Below, in pieces: positions 11,790 to 24,340 of a stretch of 64,000 nucleotides of DNA. Each line of letters starts with the position of its first letter. The stretch's first letter is position 1. Below the pieces are notes generated by a model. The model was given only the letters and a program-made list of their open reading frames with translations. It was not told where the DNA came from and searched no databases. The stretch lies in NCBI GenBank assembly GCA_013115145.1, contig JAAPAO010000042.1, forward strand, positions 44,082 to 108,081, read 5' to 3'. Both the position numbers and the translations under genes were made by a program. The stretch comes from Perkinsus chesapeaki ATCC PRA-425. Lineage: Eukaryota; Protista; Perkinsozoa.

Positions 11790-12508
11790 CGATCGGCTGC
11801 ATGCTCGCAGAAATGGCCGAGAATTCCCCTTGAATGTTCGAGACGTGGATTTTTACACCTTGTTGAGCTTCATGGCAGGTTCTCGTAAACATGATAATGA
11901 AGCGGAAGTGATTGATGCGACATGGGTTGATCCCAGCAAACCATTGGTGAGCTTTTAATGGCAATTCATAATGGAGAGATGTCGAACCCGTAGAATCTTT
12001 ATTGCGTTTTCTGCGTGATCGGCGTTATCTCGACTTCTGTGGGTGATCGTGTAACACTTAACAATTCTTAACAAGGTCTTAACCGTCAATTCGAATACCT
12101 CTCTGAGAGATCGTCCGAACGGTATTATATAAAATTATTGTCTTTGGAAATCTTTTGTAGCAACTCCAATTAACGGCTCAAGACTGCCGCATCACTTCTG
12201 CCGCATTCAGGCGGAATTGGGCCTCGCTCGGGCCTTGGGGGGTTTGCTCACGCGATGTATGCCCTTTGTTCGAAAGCTGGCAAATGTGTTATGACCGCGC
12301 GCCGCGAAATGCCTGCTTCAAAAATTATTGACAAATGTACAGATAGTAATTATCATAGGCGTAATAATGTACGCATTTATATTCCTATCCTGCAAATACT
12401 CCATGGTGTTAGGCAGCCACGAACGATGGACGAGTTGAAGTTGTCGAGTGCAGCCTCGTGTCGTCCTCATCTTCATCTGATGAATCACCGAATCGTCGCC
12501 GAGCCTGA
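11790..12508 (+). CDS. Hypothetical multi-exon protein
   Basis: Splice-bounded open segments (REFPLNVRDVDFYTLLSFMAGS..., WRDVEPVESLLRFLRDRRYLDF, ...SSSSSDESPNRRRA-TGA). Confidence 0.4.
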
Positions 12509-12738
12509 TTACTGTTTATAACATTGATAGTGTATCATTATTCTTGTCAAGTGCAGAGTTGGTCAATGAGCTACCGAATTGAAAGAGTTCACCGCGCGCA
12601 ACGCCTTTATCCGTGAAGAATGATCATTATCCTCACCAAGACATATTCAGACTGCACTTGTTGTATTTTCCAAATCATGTACGTTGGTGAGCAACCTGAC
12701 ACGCTTGATTCATCTTGTTATATTTCGGATCATTCTTT

Positions 12739-15263
12739 ATGCCGATATTTTTCCTCGCATTATTCTCAACACTTGTTGGTTCGATTTGGTCCGCCGACAT
12801 CTTGGTCGATGAATACGCAAGATACGCGGTGAGCTTCCCACGGACAATCATTCCCCAGGAAGGGGTATTTCGTAACCTTCGTGACCTTGAGAAATACGAA
12901 CGCAACTTGTCGATTTGCAAAGGAGTCCAAAGGAAGTGAACTTACAAGTGCAATCCTTGCGATTTGCCATCTCAATCCAACCCGTTTTATTCGTTCCCCA
13001 GGAGGCTTAATGGGGCCAATTAAGGTTATGGCTAAATAACGCTTACTTGAATAACCTCAGATCATTCTTGAAACATAACCACGAGCTTTATCAAAATTAG
13101 AGCGGCGGCTTGCACCACAATGAGTAACAACTACTCCTTTACGCAAAGCTTCGACAAATTATCTGCCGAATGCGAACTTTTATTAGAGTAGTTTTCCCAT
13201 CTGTTCCGTCGAGTTGGTTGAACAGCTACCCGGTGGCGGTATAATAGATAGGGTAAAAGACGTGAACTTGTTAGTATCCAAACCAATTCAGAGGTATGAG
13301 AGTTGACTTAAGGCGAGCTAAATAGCTCTGCAGAGGATCGCCTTTGGCCATCTGAAATTCAACGATTGAATTGGTTCGTATTGGCCTGTGATTACCGTTC
13401 TTGCTACAGCAGCGGAGAGCTGCCACGCATTCCGACTCCCAGTACTCTTACTGAGCACGAATCGTAGGCAAGGTAGGGATCGACTTAGGTAGGGCTTTAG
13501 GAGCAACCAGATATCGATGCAATATCGGACTCCTGACGAAATAGATCCGTATGTCTCATCGAACTGTATGAAATATAGTCGCTCTCGGATTGGGGTTCTG
13601 ATCAGGAGCCGGACTCCTTCATCAACATTACACCCTCCCATCGTGCTTGGTGGTACAATGATCTTGATAGTCTCATCACCTCTCGATCTGGCTCACATAC
13701 GATTATCGTTATGTGGCTGACAGAAGCCGAGGAGCTGGAAGCTGCCAAGTTGGGCATAACCAAGATGATAGTCTCAACGAGTTTCGTAGGTATATTACCG
13801 ACCGGCATAAGGTGCAGATCTTTGCACTGCTACCTCCGTTGGCTCGGCCGGAACAGACTTATCTTATTAGCTCTCCCTTGGGCTCTATGAAAAGGTTGTT
13901 TATCGCAGAGTATCCTACAGCGGAAGGTCCGAAAGCGACCTCGTTTGGAATCTTTAGCAGGCTGCTGTTCAGCCGACCTTCTCCGTTTTTTACGTCGAAT
14001 TCGCTCGGCATGTGGCGCCCAGATTCTTCCCAGTGTACTTGAAGAATTCTCTCAGTTCATCACCGACGCATGTAAGCGGCCAGTGCCGCCGTCACGCGCC
14101 ACAAAATGTTATCAGGTTACGAGACTATCATAGAGAAACCCAAAGGAATCTCCCGAGCCAGAAATCGAAGTATCCCTTCACTCGTGCCCGTCGCGTGAAG
14201 GTCACTACAGATGTGGAAGCACCGCCCGCACCGTATGGCATGCCTCTCGCCGCGCTGTTGGCACTGCCGTCGGGGATATGGCCAACATCTGCGGCTATGG
14301 GGCTTGCTCAGGTTCGGCAAGGATTGCTGGGCGGAATGAGCGGGTTGGTCAGGTTTATGCTGTTTTATTTGATAGTCCTTTGGGAAGGGAATGCAGTAAA
14401 AGTGAAGATGTGTGGCGATGTACGAGGGACGTAACAGAAGCTACTTAATATTTTAAAATTATCGAATTGAATTATAATTGCATTGTAAATCTTCAGGTTT
14501 GGCCCCGATAGTCGATCAAGCTGGAATAGAAATCCTAGATGATATTGCACTCATAGGGCATCAGTGTGAGATGCACGCTGCGACCTCAGATACCAACAGT
14601 TGTTAGGTACGCTCTCGGAGGACTGGTGTAGCTTTCAGGGCTACACTTTGCCCGGCGCAATCCAAGAATTCGAGCCCGAGTAGGTTCATTTTGGGTGTGC
14701 CGAAATGACGCGTCTGTTAGGTCGACATCCTCCCGATCGTCGAGGCAAGCTGATAAGATCGTCTGTGCTGTGGAGGAGTCGCTGGGCCTCGGTAGGCCAT
14801 GTGATTCGCTTTCAACGAGATCACGTGAGTAGGTCCTCAGACAGCTCGACGAAGGCTCCGGCAGGAATTTGGCGTCGATGAGGAATTGGATGGTCTCATG
14901 GAACTGCTCAAGGACGGCGCGTCATTAGACAATGACGGTTACGGTATTGTGTAGTTGAAGAACCCACTTAGTTAACATTATCGCAGATGAACCCTCCGGT
15001 GCCATTGACTGGGGTTCCGAGTTCGGGATTAATGTCGAGCCTCGTGGTGACGATGATATTTATGATGATTTAGCGATCGATGATGGCAACGAACATGAAG
15101 AAAGTCCGTTGAGGAGTTTGTGGATAGTATTATGCGCTCATTGATTGGGTGTGTGTCAGGTAGAGAAGAGAGCACGCCAAAGTTCGGCGCCAAAGAGCTG
15201 GAGCAGTTTAAATCAGACTTTGAGAGCGCCACTCAGAAGTTCTTGAAAAGTCCGTTTAACTAG
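12739..15263 (+). CDS. Hypothetical multi-exon protein(s); first exon has a signal peptide
   Basis: MPIFFLALFSTLVGSIWSA start, many short GT-AG introns, acidic late exon and final KELEQFKSDFESATQKFLKSPFN-TAG; may be two genes. Confidence 0.4.
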
Positions 15264-15365
15264 TTCCGCTGTGGGAATAACTAGGCAGTCGTCTGATAAA
15301 TCAACATTATCGGGGTATGGTATTATTAAATACTGAAAACCAACAAGCATTGAGATTGAAATATT

Positions 15366-15438
15366 TTCCGATACCGGGACTCGAACCCGGGTCGCCTGGG
15401 TGAAAGCCAGGTATCCTAACCAGCTAGACTATATCGGA
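15366..15438 (-). tRNA. tRNA-Glu (anticodon TTC)
   Basis: 73-nt TCCGATATAGTCTAGCTGGTTAGGATACCTGGCTTTCACCCAGGCGACCCGGGTTCGAGTCCCGGTATCGGAA with perfect acceptor, anticodon and T stems. Confidence 0.97.
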
Positions 15439-15639
15439 AGATGCTGAAAAATTCGACAGGTCAGGGTGCCTCACTACCCATGCTTCAGGACGAAGCGATA
15501 CCCGGCTTGTCGCTCTTGTATCGCCGGATACCAGTGCAGCTACGTCGGCAATTGCCGATAAGCTCTCTGAATCAGCAAATAAGGTAGACACTTCTTCACT
15601 CCAATTAATGTAAGGAGGTGTATTTCCCAGAGCACTATT

Positions 15640-18600
15640 CAGGCCACCATCCTACTGTCATCAGCTGAGCCCACTGAAGTCCCCCGAGGCAACGATAACA
15701 TCTCAATTCTGCGTGTTAAACAAACTGCAAATTGGTTGGGTGAGACTCACTACTGGATGACTTGGTTTGGTCCTACTTCAGACTTGCTCACTATGCCTTG
15801 GAAAAAGGCAAGGTTCAACAGCATCTTCGTCGGTTTCAAAGATGTGTTCAGTATTTGGTCGAATGCGGTGATTCAATTGCCCTCTAGTCTTTCTCCCTCT
15901 GACACCTGTAATTGTCCGATTCGTGAAAGTGAGTGAGTAAACCAGTCAGGCGTGGAAGCCTCAAAAGTCCTCGGAAGGATATCAGTCTCCATCTCGAAGT
16001 CCACAGACGAGCTAGTCATTGAAGCACCTACATCGCCAGCACTGGTGATGCGATACTAACAGAACCTGCTGGAGTCACCCTATCAGATCAGCCTGCTAGA
16101 GCGCACTTTCCGTTCAAGTCATCTGCCTTGTATCCGCAACGTTTGGCTCAATGCAACACGAACGCTCACTGTTCAAGGAAGGTCATCGGAAGCGTGCGAT
16201 CAAAGGTGCCTAATTCTCTCTACGTTCATCTATGAATTCTTGTCTGTTAGGGGAGACCTTACAACACTCATCCGTTTCACACAAAAGCCGGCCGACCGTA
16301 TGGAAGGGTTTCTACCGATCAGGTTTCTCCCTCACTTAGTAGGTTCCACCATTTCCTATCGTCCACACTAGTTGTCCTGAATCAGGACGTTTTTTCCTCT
16401 GAACGCATTGTTAACGCTTTGAAGGCCTTGGCGGGGAGCATCGGGGAATCCGAGGTTCTCGATAATGGGTCAATATCATCGGCCCATGCAGTACGTCATG
16501 CGCGTGCGTGCAGATACATTGTGTGGGTGACAGAATCAGAATCCAAGTCTTTCATAGAAGAAATCGGTATGAGACTCGAGGACAAGGATTACGATTTCTC
16601 CAAACCAGCTCGGAAGAAGTAGACACTCTCCTTACCACCACATGTGAAGCCTCTCGTATAGGGCGACTAGTTGGTGGGCAAAAGGCTCTTCCCAAGATGA
16701 CGGGAAGGCGGCTTCGGTTGCAACACGTCAACACGGCTTGGGTCTGATTGTTATTATCGGCAAGGGTGTGTGAGCTCTCATTGTGTCTCGAACAGTATGC
16801 AGTTGCTGTCAAAGCGAGAGGAATAGTCGGTCACACGATAGCAGAATACCGAGTGAATCAAATAACGAAAACGAACGAAGCTGCTGCGGTGCTACGGCAC
16901 TTCCAAGCTCTGACGGCCGGCGTAACTGACAATGGCAGATTCTCCTTTGTCGAGTGGGGCTCAGGAGAAGGTGAGCTGGCTGCTACTTCTGTAACGGTTA
17001 GATGACGTTGTGGTCAGGGCACTTGTCGATGGCCATGTCACAAGCCTTTCCCGAGGCGACGATCATCTCTGTGGAATCTGATAAACGATCTTCGGTAACT
17101 TGAATCAAAGGAGGTGCTTCTTAATGAGTTACCAGGAGAGACATAGGGCAGCTGGAGCCTCCTTCGTCAAGTCGACGGGCCTGACCAACAATATAGTGTG
17201 TAACGGCGACACCACCGAGGACACAGCTCAGGACCTAGCTGACTGGTCACTAAAACGCCACGTTCTCTTTCCATCTTCGCCCGTTCAGCCCTGAACTGTT
17301 CCGATTCCAATGGATTGGCCAGAAGGTTAGTAGTCCTCGATTAGCGGGGGCATTTGCGAGCAGTGCCTTGACGACGCTCATACCGTTGAGAGCAGGGTCA
17401 GCGGTGAGGCCTTCTGTCCAGTGCAGAACACTCTCTACCAATCCTCAGACATCGTTCCTTCTGACTCTCGTCACTGGGCGTAACATAGGACCGGCTGAGC
17501 TCGTGACATCTCGGTTCATCGATCGCTACACTACTAGGTTCATAGGTAGCAGAGGTATAGGAGCTACTTGTCATCGCTTACCAGAACCGCACATAACTTC
17601 CGATACTGTTCTAAACTGCAGTTGGTTTGGTGGTGGCCCGCAGTTGGGTATCATTCAATGCGACCTGATAAGATCGTCCCGACAAGTAGGATGCTATTGG
17701 AAGTGACAATAGATGCCAAAACCTGTCAAGGTGCATCACCATTTTAAGTGGTATAAAGATGGCCACAAGCGAACATACACGATGAAGATAATACCGGTGC
17801 GGCAAAGTCTTACTAAGCAACTTGGCGCCACGTCCGCGGTTGGAGGAGTAAGAGTATGCAATTGTTGAAGGCATATTACGATTTGTTTTGAAGGACTGGC
17901 GCCAATCGCTGACTCGCCGGTCTAAAGTCGATGTCGATAACTTGTATGTGGTTGGAGACAACGTACTCAATGTCACCCTGTATCGGGACAAGGACAAATC
18001 GCCAATTCCCTACAGTGGGAGAGAATATCTGTTGTCCATGCGAAATGCTTCTGCTAGTTGCCCCTCTTCGCGCGGTGACGTTGATACTAATAATGCGGCT
18101 TGGTCTGTCGTCCGTTGCCAAGGAAATGCTGTACAAGGAGTTCCTCAGTTTACCACTGTAACCACCGAAGGATTGACAGCAATCGTTAGTCTTCTTAAAG
18201 ATATGAAGATATGGCACCCTGGAATATCGTAGCGGTCGGCAATAGATTGGATTATATCGATTATGATAGTCGAGGGAAGACATTCACAAAGGCAGTCCAG
18301 CAAGCGTATATGGCATTGACTATTCTTGCCAACTATAAAGTACGTTCTCATTCTGCTGAGCAAAGATAGGCTCCCTTTAGCGTACTATCGAGGACTTTGG
18401 CCACTGCGATCGAAGCAAGGCTAAGGTGACTGCCGGCTATGACTTCTTCCCCTATATTCACGAATGTGTTGGAAACTCAAAGTTTAAGGGACCATGCAAG
18501 TCTCCAGAACTACCAGTGCCATGTGCCGACGGCAAGTGAGTTGACTGTCTTTCCATTATTGTCTGAAGTGCGTTGCCGCCAATGCCATTAGCGACCCGCC

Positions 18601-18760
18601 ATTCCTGTCTGTAATTGGCTCGTTGGATGTTCGGAAAGGCGAAGTGAATTGTTTTTCAGGTGCCACCCCGATATGATTAGCTGTCTTCGGGCGCGAGCTG
18701 GAGTGACCGAAAAGCTTCCTGCAGACTAACCTCGCGCGCCCCACAAATGCTGCCTTTCGC
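15640..18760 (+). CDS. Large multi-exon protein with a class I SAM-dependent methyltransferase-like domain
   Basis: Splicing across ~16971-17018 gives FSFVEWGSGEGHLSMAMSQAFPEATIISVESD (motif I ExGxGxG plus acidic end of strand 2); gene ends approximate. Confidence 0.65.
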
Positions 18761-19117
18761 TCACTTTCCAGACTAACATGTCTTTTGCGTTACCTGGTAA
18801 CAGAGAATCGAAAATTCTGCATGGGAGAGATTCTGCGTGCAAAACGGAGACTTCCATCCGAATGAAAGGGGGCATAAAAGCGAGACGTATAATATCTTAT
18901 CTCTGAAGAGTGCTAGCGAACCCAAGAGGCATCCGCTCTCAATCACCTGTGAGTCTTGACCTATCGAAAACAGAACCAAGAGCCCAGATGCTGTAGTGAG
19001 CATCTGGCCCGAGCGCAGTAAACACCGAAGTCCTCGCTTGGAGGAGACGGCACGCCATCTGCCGTTTCATCTGGCGTCTCCTTCAACAAATTAGCTTGTT
19101 CATTAACGTCTCCAAAA

Positions 19118-20071
19118 ATGCCAAATACAAACTCTATTTATTTTTTAATAATAGTATCCCTCTCGACTATCACCCTATCATCTGGTCTTCCTGTAATGAT
19201 AACTTGCACCGGTGGGCCAGAGAGCATTTTGGAAGTACTCAGCGGACAGACCACAAGCATAGAGATGCTGTTCGACTGTGGGCAACCTGTTCAAGGCATC
19301 AGCCGATCATCTTACATTGTTGACTCTACCAGAAGATGGCTACCAATAAGATGGGAACTACAGTCCAACATTTCGGACGTGAAAATCAATGGTTCGCAAA
19401 TCCGGCTAGGTGTTCAATTGAAAGCCAAAATGGGCAGCTTTGGCTACTACGAGATGCTGGCCATGTTATTTAGCGAGGAGGACGATAACACCGACTACTA
19501 CGCTCGGTTCAATGTCAGTGTAGTTCCAGAAAAAGGAGTGGGAGAAGCCAAGTTTGACGATGGGCTGTGGTCGCAATGGTTTTATAACCCTGTCTCTGGT
19601 GATCGTACTTTCAACTTTAACGCCTCTGCAGCCAGCGCGCCTGACAGACTGCTGTCTAAGCCGATGAATTTGAAATTAGCTTGCCAGGATATTTTGCTGA
19701 CTGACCGATTCGGTGCTACCATACCAGACACACATTGCCGATGGTTGCAGTCAAGGTTCACTCAAAAGAGCTTTTATAATGGCACTCACCATGTCACCAC
19801 GGGAACGATAACTTTGAAGCCCGAAGACGTGGCACCGGGGTCACCATTAGACCAGATCAATCCTTGCTTTGCCCTAACAGACGACTTTCACGAGTACGAG
19901 TATAGTCCACAGTGGAATATTGGTGGTGATAGTCGCTCAGGTAGCAATGAGCAGACATTTTGCTTTGGGCTCATCTTGGAGAACCCTGGTGGTCCGATAC
20001 CTTCGTTCTCGGCTACCTTCGCGCTACCCCTTATGGCTTTCCTCGTCTCTGCGCTCAGTTTACTGCTCTGA
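19118..20071 (+). CDS. Intronless secreted/GPI-type six-cysteine surface protein, paralog 1
   Basis: 317 aa, N-terminal signal peptide, C-terminal hydrophobic tail, six Cys. Confidence 0.85.
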   Translation: MPNTNSIYFLIIVSLSTITLSSGLPVMITCTGGPESILEVLSGQTTSIEMLFDCGQPVQGISRSSYIVDSTRRWLPIRWELQSNISDVKINGSQIRLGVQLKAKMGSFGYYEMLAMLFSEEDDNTDYYARFNVSVVPEKGVGEAKFDDGLWSQWFYNPVSGDRTFNFNASAASAPDRLLSKPMNLKLACQDILLTDRFGATIPDTHCRWLQSRFTQKSFYNGTHHVTTGTITLKPEDVAPGSPLDQINPCFALTDDFHEYEYSPQWNIGGDSRSGSNEQTFCFGLILENPGGPIPSFSATFALPLMAFLVSALSLLL

Positions 20072-20261
20072 TCGCTCGTCTGAGTCGAATTATCTGACCG
20101 TGTTGTCTCTGTGCTTTTCGAACGTAATGTAAGCCTCTTTAATGAGCCCATCGATAAGTCAACTATTGGCTCGACTCATTTCTGTCTGAGCGCACTTTTT
20201 AGAAATCTCATTGGCGTTGAGTTTCAGGAACAAACAACGGGAACCGTGTAGCGCTTTCCAT

Positions 20262-21167
20262 ATGCTTTTCCGGTTAATCATCTCTATCGTAGTCACGCTG
20301 AAGTCATCAGCAGCCGCACCTCCCCCGATGTACAAGATATGCACTGCTAGCATCCGAAGCGATGCAGTCATCCAGGGTCCTCAAAAATGGATGTTTCAAC
20401 GGCTTTTTCGCTGTCCCGGCTTGGCATCCCAATTGCACATTACGAATGTGATCAGCTCTCGCTCACTCGCTCTGAAAGTCCGAGAGATCCGAGCTGTCGG
20501 CGAATCGGTTGCCATTGCGTTCACGGCTCGAGGATTTCTCGATCAAGCTGGTTATCACAGTGTAACACTTCTGTTAGTAGGCAAACACGGAGATCGCTAC
20601 AGCATGAGCTTGCGCCTGCGGGTGCTGAACTATCCGTATGTGTCAGACTCGAAGTTTGTTAACTTGGATGCAGAAGAGCATCTTACTCCAGGTGGAGTGA
20701 TGGTTGTGAATCTTGACGCTGAGAATATTAAGGATAGTCGATCGGTGTTGCCTGTGCCACTTGTGATGTCTATCAAGTGTGGTGATTCCTACCTGGTCAA
20801 CGATAAAGGCGAGAAGATTATTGATGATCATTGCGAGTGGATCAATTCGGTAACTATGTACTCGCATTATGCTATCTCTTTCCTTCGCAAAGCTACTGCC
20901 TCCTTGACTTTGAACTATGACGAACTTCGCTCTCAGTCTATTGCATCGATTCATCCATGCTTCCTCCTGAGAGATAACTACCATAATTACTCCTTATCGT
21001 ATCTACCCTCTAGAGGCTCTCTTTACGATAGGGTTGGTGCCAATGAGCAGACATACTGTTTGAACATCGCAACAGAGTCGCTCCAGCCTATATCAGCCGC
21101 GGATAGCTTATATGTTCCTTTTGCGACTCTATTTGCAACTTTGTTCATCGCATTTGCCGCGCAATAG
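20262..21167 (+). CDS. Intronless secreted/GPI-type six-cysteine surface protein, paralog 2
   Basis: Likely start MLFRLIISIVVTLKSSA at 20262; same Cys spacing and shared D.HC.W, I.PCF.L.D..H.Y, NEQT(F/Y)C motifs as paralog 1; hydrophobic C-terminus. Confidence 0.85.
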   Translation: MLFRLIISIVVTLKSSAAAPPPMYKICTASIRSDAVIQGPQKWMFQRLFRCPGLASQLHITNVISSRSLALKVREIRAVGESVAIAFTARGFLDQAGYHSVTLLLVGKHGDRYSMSLRLRVLNYPYVSDSKFVNLDAEEHLTPGGVMVVNLDAENIKDSRSVLPVPLVMSIKCGDSYLVNDKGEKIIDDHCEWINSVTMYSHYAISFLRKATASLTLNYDELRSQSIASIHPCFLLRDNYHNYSLSYLPSRGSLYDRVGANEQTYCLNIATESLQPISAADSLYVPFATLFATLFIAFAAQ

Positions 21168-22074
21168 GTGTCGTTCTGAATTCCAATGTTGAGTTTTGTT
21201 ACTGTGCATGCTATATACTCGACGGTAGCGTGATTCTTGGCTATTCGACTATATCGGAAGATATGAATGTCGGCCAAATGTCCAAGTCAAAGATGCGATC
21301 GCGTACCCCAACCTGAATGATCACGTGGTCACATGAAGTGTTAAAGCATCATACATCATTTCGGTGCTTTCACTCTTATACTGTCTACCCGAGATCGCCT
21401 TCCTGTTGGGACTGCCGTCGATACAGACTATTCAAGGATCTTTGCCGAGCGGCTTCGCCACGCTCTGTAGCACGTGACCATCACTCCACTGAGTGAGTAT
21501 CGCGAGTGTCGGGCCTTGTCGGGTCCACGGTGAACGGTCCAGCTTAGTTTGATGTCTCTCGCGTATAGGCCGAGACCATAACAATAATAGAGCCACAACC
21601 AACACAATACGGATCTGTCTCGTTAAACATAACGGATGCAATTGCAGCAGTCATGCGGTTGTCATGAACGTGAAAGTCAGCGGCGTCTTCTCCTGCCCAT
21701 GAACCTCCAAAATCGGAAGGAGCATCGCTGGGACGTTATTCCAATGTCGATACTATTGGCCAGAGTACGGAGCAAACTGCCTATCAGATACAACTAAGGA
21801 GTAGAGTGGTGGGTGAGTCACCTGAGAATAGTATTATCATCTCGGATCAAGTTGTCGAAGACAGAGTCTGGATATCAGCGTCTGTTCGGCGTTATGTTAA
21901 TAGCGAGCTCCCGTTTGCGAGTATCACTCATTCATGATGCTCCCTTACGCAAAAGAACTAACAAGATTCGTCAATTCTGTAGAAGGGAACATCTCTGAGA
22001 GCATCAACAATATTACACGGGGATGATATGTCAGACCCGACCTAGCCAGATCTGGCCAGTAGATTACGGGACAA

Positions 22075-22579
22075 TGCCCAAAGCTGATAATGCCAGACAT
22101 CTCGGCAAGGGACTGCGGTGCTTATTCTGGCTCCACAACGCCGGTATCCATCGTCCCTTTTCGGGAGGGCCTTACGCGCCATAGTTCGCTATTTCTACCT
22201 CCTCTACATCTTTCCACCAAGCAAAAATAGATAAAAAGCGTTGTTTTGAAGGCAAGGATGTCCTAGGTATAAAGTCATACATGTATATACAACTATAATA
22301 TGCAACTCTCCCTGGGGACAGCGCCGTTAGAACAAAATATGTGTATGCGTCCAGAACGGCTGTGAGCAAACGTCATCAAGCAAATTGTGGCTCTTCTCGC
22401 AAAAATTGAGGTTCCCGTCTACTCCTGTGGTCTTAGCAAACCCAAGGTCTCATCAGTGTTAAAGCCCAAATCCTGGGAGATACCACTATGCTGAGGTAGA
22501 TGGGTATAGTCTCATCATCGATACCTCCAATCGTAAAACTATGGTTGTCGTCTTCACAACCCAAACCCGCCATTTCATT
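22075..22579 (+). repeat. Local duplication, copy 1
   Basis: Matches 24585-24850 plus 25060-25300 (aaagctgataatgccagacatct...gggagggcctta...acagcgccgtta...ctgtgagca...cacaacccaaacc.gccatttcatt). Confidence 0.85.
22406..22579 (+). pseudogene. Truncated pseudogenic copy of the 5' end of the secreted protein at 25128-25871
   Basis: ATG changed to TTG, compensated local frameshift with in-frame TAA, then PGRYHYAEVDGYSLIIDTSNRKTMVVVFTTQTRHFI colinear with the paralog. Confidence 0.8.
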
Positions 22580-22766
22580 TTCACTCGCTAGTGGCAACTT
22601 ACTTATTTTCGGAACCTGGTCTTTCGCGATTAGATTTTTATGCCTCATTTCATACGAACCTGCTTGCGCACCTTCAGGCTATTCTGTTAGTCTCAAACTC
22701 CTGGCACGTTTATCTATTCGATGATCCGCACTGAACATTTCCAAGGACTTACCCCTTTTCAGCACC

Positions 22767-23888
22767 ATGATCACCCGTCATCTAGCTGCTCCTATATTAT
22801 TTTACCTGCAACATACTGTTCTGCCTATGAACTTTTGCTCAGCTGCTCTGCCGCCATGGACGGTGGACTTTCCCATCAAGTTGATTGGAAACATTTGCTG
22901 GGTCGAGTTGGTGTTCGATGGTCAGACTGTCCGAGTTTTGCCCGATACCGGCGGAAAAAGGACATATGTTCTCTATGAAAATGCATTTGGTCCACAGGAA
23001 TGCAAGACCTTCACCGCTGGTTGTTATTCTTGTCCTGGTGATTCGTGCGCGGAGAGCAGTAAAGAGAACGACACTACTCGTTTCCAAGACGGGTCGACTC
23101 TTACCTTCTTCCCTCATACTGCATCTCTTGCTGTGAAGCTCCCGAACGGAACGACGGTTAATGTTTCGGACTATCGTCTTGGTGTAGTGAAGCAGTATAC
23201 TCCGGATTACATCCCTCCAGTTCCGGTTTTATCACTGAAGAAGACACCGGACTTTTCTCGTGGCCTCTACTCCTTCATCCATCAGCTGGTTCGAGGCTTG
23301 GATGGAGCCATACGCAGATTGGCCTTCTCGATAACCTATCCAAGGACATCCGCTGATATCGGGCATTTGACGGTTGGGGGAGATCCTGATCCTAGTTGGC
23401 ATTCACCATTTGTCACACTCCATCAAAGGGATGATCAAGGCTGGATTCTGAATCTTGATGAGGCTGGTTATCGTTCTGGAGCGGAGTCAGAAGCCCTGCA
23501 CATCGAGAAGGCCCGCGTTCTTTTCGATTCGGGGTCTAGCGGCATTTGGGGACCCGTCAAAGAAGTCAAGAGGTTGTTGGAGTATATAAGCAAGTTCGTT
23601 CATATTGATGGAGCGAGAAGAATGAACTGCTCGAACATCAGCAAGCTGCCAGAGCTCTGGTTCGACATTAAAGCCGATGATGAAGAAGGACTTACTACAA
23701 GGCTATTCATTGAAGGGAAGGACTACATAAAAGCTTTAAAGCTTCCAGGGATCTGTAGACTTCGTATCGAAGGGATGGACTATCCCCCAACTTTCGGTTG
23801 GATCATCGGTGATCCACTATTCAAAGGCCATTTCGTCCAATACACCTATGATATTGGATCTATCGGATTCGCCAAGAAGAAAATCTAG
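22767..23888 (+). CDS. Pepsin-family (A1) aspartyl protease, intronless
   Basis: Catalytic motifs VLPDTGG and VLFDSGSS, psi-loops LTVGG and WIIGDPLF, C-terminal IGFA. Confidence 0.92.
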   Translation: MITRHLAAPILFYLQHTVLPMNFCSAALPPWTVDFPIKLIGNICWVELVFDGQTVRVLPDTGGKRTYVLYENAFGPQECKTFTAGCYSCPGDSCAESSKENDTTRFQDGSTLTFFPHTASLAVKLPNGTTVNVSDYRLGVVKQYTPDYIPPVPVLSLKKTPDFSRGLYSFIHQLVRGLDGAIRRLAFSITYPRTSADIGHLTVGGDPDPSWHSPFVTLHQRDDQGWILNLDEAGYRSGAESEALHIEKARVLFDSGSSGIWGPVKEVKRLLEYISKFVHIDGARRMNCSNISKLPELWFDIKADDEEGLTTRLFIEGKDYIKALKLPGICRLRIEGMDYPPTFGWIIGDPLFKGHFVQYTYDIGSIGFAKKKI

Positions 23889-24340
23889 CACGCATCGTCG
23901 ACCATTATCATGCTGCTTCGCCAATGAGTTTTTTACTTCTTGTAGTAGCCTACTACTACTAGTAGGGCGATGCATCCCCATTATTAATCTGTGGTCCACT
24001 TCATTGTCCCGCAGTGAAGCGTCCCCTTTATTTTTCCGTAATTGACCCTATCGCGTTACTGAGGATAAGAGTTCTAATAACTCGGAAATCTGTGCACCGG
24101 ATGGGTATCCATTTCACCAGTCATTGCTTGATAATAACAGAAAAAGAGTCTTTTAAAAAGACCTTGATAAATTCGGAAATGATTCGTCCACTTACTCATA
24201 GTATGATACATTCTGGATCTACACCCATGCTCACCCCAACTTGGGGCAATTCGATGAACGATGCTCTTTTGGGGTACAGGAGTATGGAGGGGAATGTGGG
24301 GCTAGGTGGTGTGTCCACAAGTGTTATAAGATGTCCAACT

